Source: the human T2T-CHM13v2.0 reference genome, Homo sapiens | Strand: one strand, 5' to 3' | Length of the DNA stretch: 64,000 nucleotides | Assembly (NCBI RefSeq): GCF_009914755.1 | Contig: NC_060927.1 | Shown here: in pieces, positions 61,561 through 64,000 of the stretch | Layout: each line of letters begins with the position of its first letter | Numbering within the stretch: position 1 is the stretch's first letter | The notes under the pieces: model-generated | Databases searched by the model: none | Told to the model about the DNA's origin: nothing | Seen by the model: only the letters and a program-made list of their open reading frames with translations | Position numbers and translations under genes: made by a program

Positions 61561-62079
61561 TATGTATCTAATGAGTCTCTCACAGCCATGCTGCATAAGG
61601 AAGGACTCTATAGCAATTTGGTCCCTTCCTCCCTGAAATTCTGATTAATATTAATCCCAGGAAAACCATGCTAGTAAGAATAATACTGAGCATCTCAGAA
61701 ACACCCATGTAAGTAACTCAATCTGAGACTCATTCATTCATTCATTCACCCATCCTAGACATATTTATGGAGCAACTATGATGGACACTATGTATTTGCT
61801 TTGAGGGAATTCACAGGCTATTGGTGAGCTTGCAAACAGATCACAACTATACCATATACTATAACAAAAATCAGGAACAGCCTTCTGTACCCGAGTGATT
61901 GAAGTCCAAAAGACTTCCTGGCATCACACATCTGAGATAAATATGTTCATCTCATCTTCTGCCTTAAATTTTAAAAATTCTATCCCAAGCCCCCTTTTTT
62001 TTGAAATGCTACTGACTTTTTAAACATTTATCTGTCCCTTTCTTTCAATTATTCATACAATAGAAGAAACTTCAAGCAT

Positions 62080-62700
62080 ACCTTCATTCAATGTTTATTC
62101 AGCACCTGCTACGGGCAAGGCCTTGTGCCAGGTGCTAGGGATGTAAAAAGAGTGGAACACAGCCCTCCCTGTGAAGGGTCACAGCCTGCCTCTGAAGGTG
62201 AAATGGAAGCAGGCATCACAATGCTGGGTGATAAAGGCTAGGATGGCAACATAAGCTTGTGAGAGTGGGGTGGTGGTGGTGGTAGGGAATGGCTGGAGGG
62301 AGAGGTATAAAGGAATCCTGGGAAGTCTGGGAGCTTCTTAGAGGAGAGCTAGATATGAAGGGTAAGGGGGCATGAGCCAGGTGAAATACGGGGAGAAGAA
62401 ACAGCATGCATTCCACAAATGGGAGAATAGCATGTGCAGAGGCCCAGGGACAAGATGGAGCATGAGGAGTTGGAGAAATTGAAAGAAAACCAGCATGGTT
62501 GGCCTGCATGTGTAAAAGGTGGAAGGGAGTGGTTCAGGAGGTGGGCAGGGGCCAGACGGTGCAAGGCTTTGGAAGCACAGTCTGGGAACCTAGAGGCAGG
62601 CATGACAAGATAAAATTTACACTTGGAAAGATGTCCCTGGCTGATACATGGAGGGCAGACTACAAAGAGGTAGGGAGGCCAGTGAGGAGGCCACAGAGAC
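62080..62700 (-). mobile_element. L2
   Basis: ttcattcaatgtttattcagcacctgctac...tgtgccaggtgctagggat; aatagcatgtgcagaggccc. Confidence 0.8.
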
Positions 62701-63116
62701 GCTGAATACTGCTCGGCCTCAATGAGGGTCTTGCAGTCATGTTAGTGAGCTCCAGAAGAGCCTCCTCCACTGTTGGCAGACCATAGCTCAGCTCTTCCTC
62801 AACTTAGGAAGAGAGGGAAGGGGTGAGATTCAAACATCTGCCATGTGGATTTCTGTGTAGATTTCTCAAAGGGGACAGAAGAGTGGTTGTAACAACAACA
62901 ATACATGGATCTCAAAAGCACTGAGAGCTGTGAGCACATTCTTCCCAAGTATTCCTTGCCAGGAGATTAAACAGGGCTCATCTTGATGGTTGCAAATCAG
63001 CAAAACAAAAAAAAAAATGCAGGAAGAATGTGAATCCCAATCCTATCCCACTCCAAGTGATGGTCCAGCCATGTGCTCCCATGGGAAAGCCCCACCAGCA
63101 TAGAAAAGATGCCCCA

Positions 63117-63153
63117 CCACCAGCTCCATCGCCACCAGCTCCATCCCCACCAG
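63117..63153. repeat. 15-bp tandem repeat, about 2.5 copies (ccaccagctccatc[g/c])
   Basis: Directly visible. Confidence 0.8.
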
Positions 63154-63701
63154 TCAAGAGAGGCGTGTGGGCCCTGTCAGGGGCTTTCCTAAAGGGTGGC
63201 AGGATGGGTGGAGGGGGGAAGTAAATGTCCCATCTCAAGTCATAGTCTTAGCAAGGGACTGGTCATGCAGTGGGAAGAGAGAAGGGCCAGGGAAAGCTGA
63301 AAACAATCTCCCATGCCTGTGAGATTCCACACAAGATACTCAACAGCTCTAAAGTTCATTTCCACTTCACTGCCAGAAGCAGAGGATAAACCTATTCAGA
63401 GATTGTAAAAATATTCATACTCTTTTAGCCAGGAATTTCATATCTCAAACTTTATCCAACTGATAAAAGAGATTACACAAACATGTTCCTGGATGCCCAT
63501 CAGCATTAGTTATAATAGCGAAAAGTTGGAACTTATCTAAATACCCAGTAAAGGGTTGGTGGAATAGATTTAAATGAACACATTTGATAAAGTACTCTAT
63601 CGTTATTAAAAATAATATTCTTACAGAATATTTCATAATATGACACGTTCATAATATAGTAAGTGAAAAATTCATGAATAAATTAATTTGTACTATAATC
63701 C

Positions 63702-63992
63702 TTTTTTTTTTTTTTTTGAGATAGGGTCTTACTCTGTCACCCAGCCTGGAGTGCAGCAGCACAATCACAGCTCACTGCAGCAACCTCCCAGGCTCAATCG
63801 ATCCTCCCACTTCAGCTTCCCAAGTAGCGGCGACTACAGCCATGCATCACCATACCTGGCTAATTTTTTATTTTTTTTGTAGAAACAGGATCTCCCTGTG
63901 TTGCCCAGACTGGTCTCGAACTTCTGGGCTCAAGTGATCCTCTCGCCTCGGCCTCCCAAAGTGCTGGGATTATAGGCCCACTATGCCTGCCC
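63702..63992 (-). mobile_element. AluJ-like
   Basis: poly(T) followed by antisense dimeric Alu. Confidence 0.93.
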
Positions 63993-64000
63993 GATCTCAA

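Noticed and set aside
63030-63224. Proline-rich ORF (APPPAPSPPAPSPP)
   Set aside because: Explained by a 15-bp tandem repeat; no convincing splice sites.

Overview
Primate, very likely human, genomic DNA. It carries about 40 Alu elements (FAM/FLAM, J, S, Y) plus MIR, L2, old L1M, MaLR/ERVL LTRs and hAT-Charlie DNA transposons. I found no CpG-island promoter, no recognisable ordinary coding exon, no intact RNA gene and no prokaryotic feature. The ORF-track ORFs are Alu-, repeat- or chance-derived. Unique sequence looks A-rich on + by eye, and most LTR and L1 fragments lie on +. That is the pattern expected inside a large intron of a gene transcribed on the minus strand; I could not identify the host gene. 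The most interesting signal is unproven: a series of very short (8-57 nt) minus-strand segments bounded by canonical acceptor (Yn-AG) and donor (GT) sites, spread over about 58 kb. The six cleanest join in genomic order into one open frame that ends in a stop, suggesting a dispersed micro-exon or poison-exon chain. Chance pseudo-exons are a serious alternative. Repeat boundaries and subfamilies were read by eye and are approximate.
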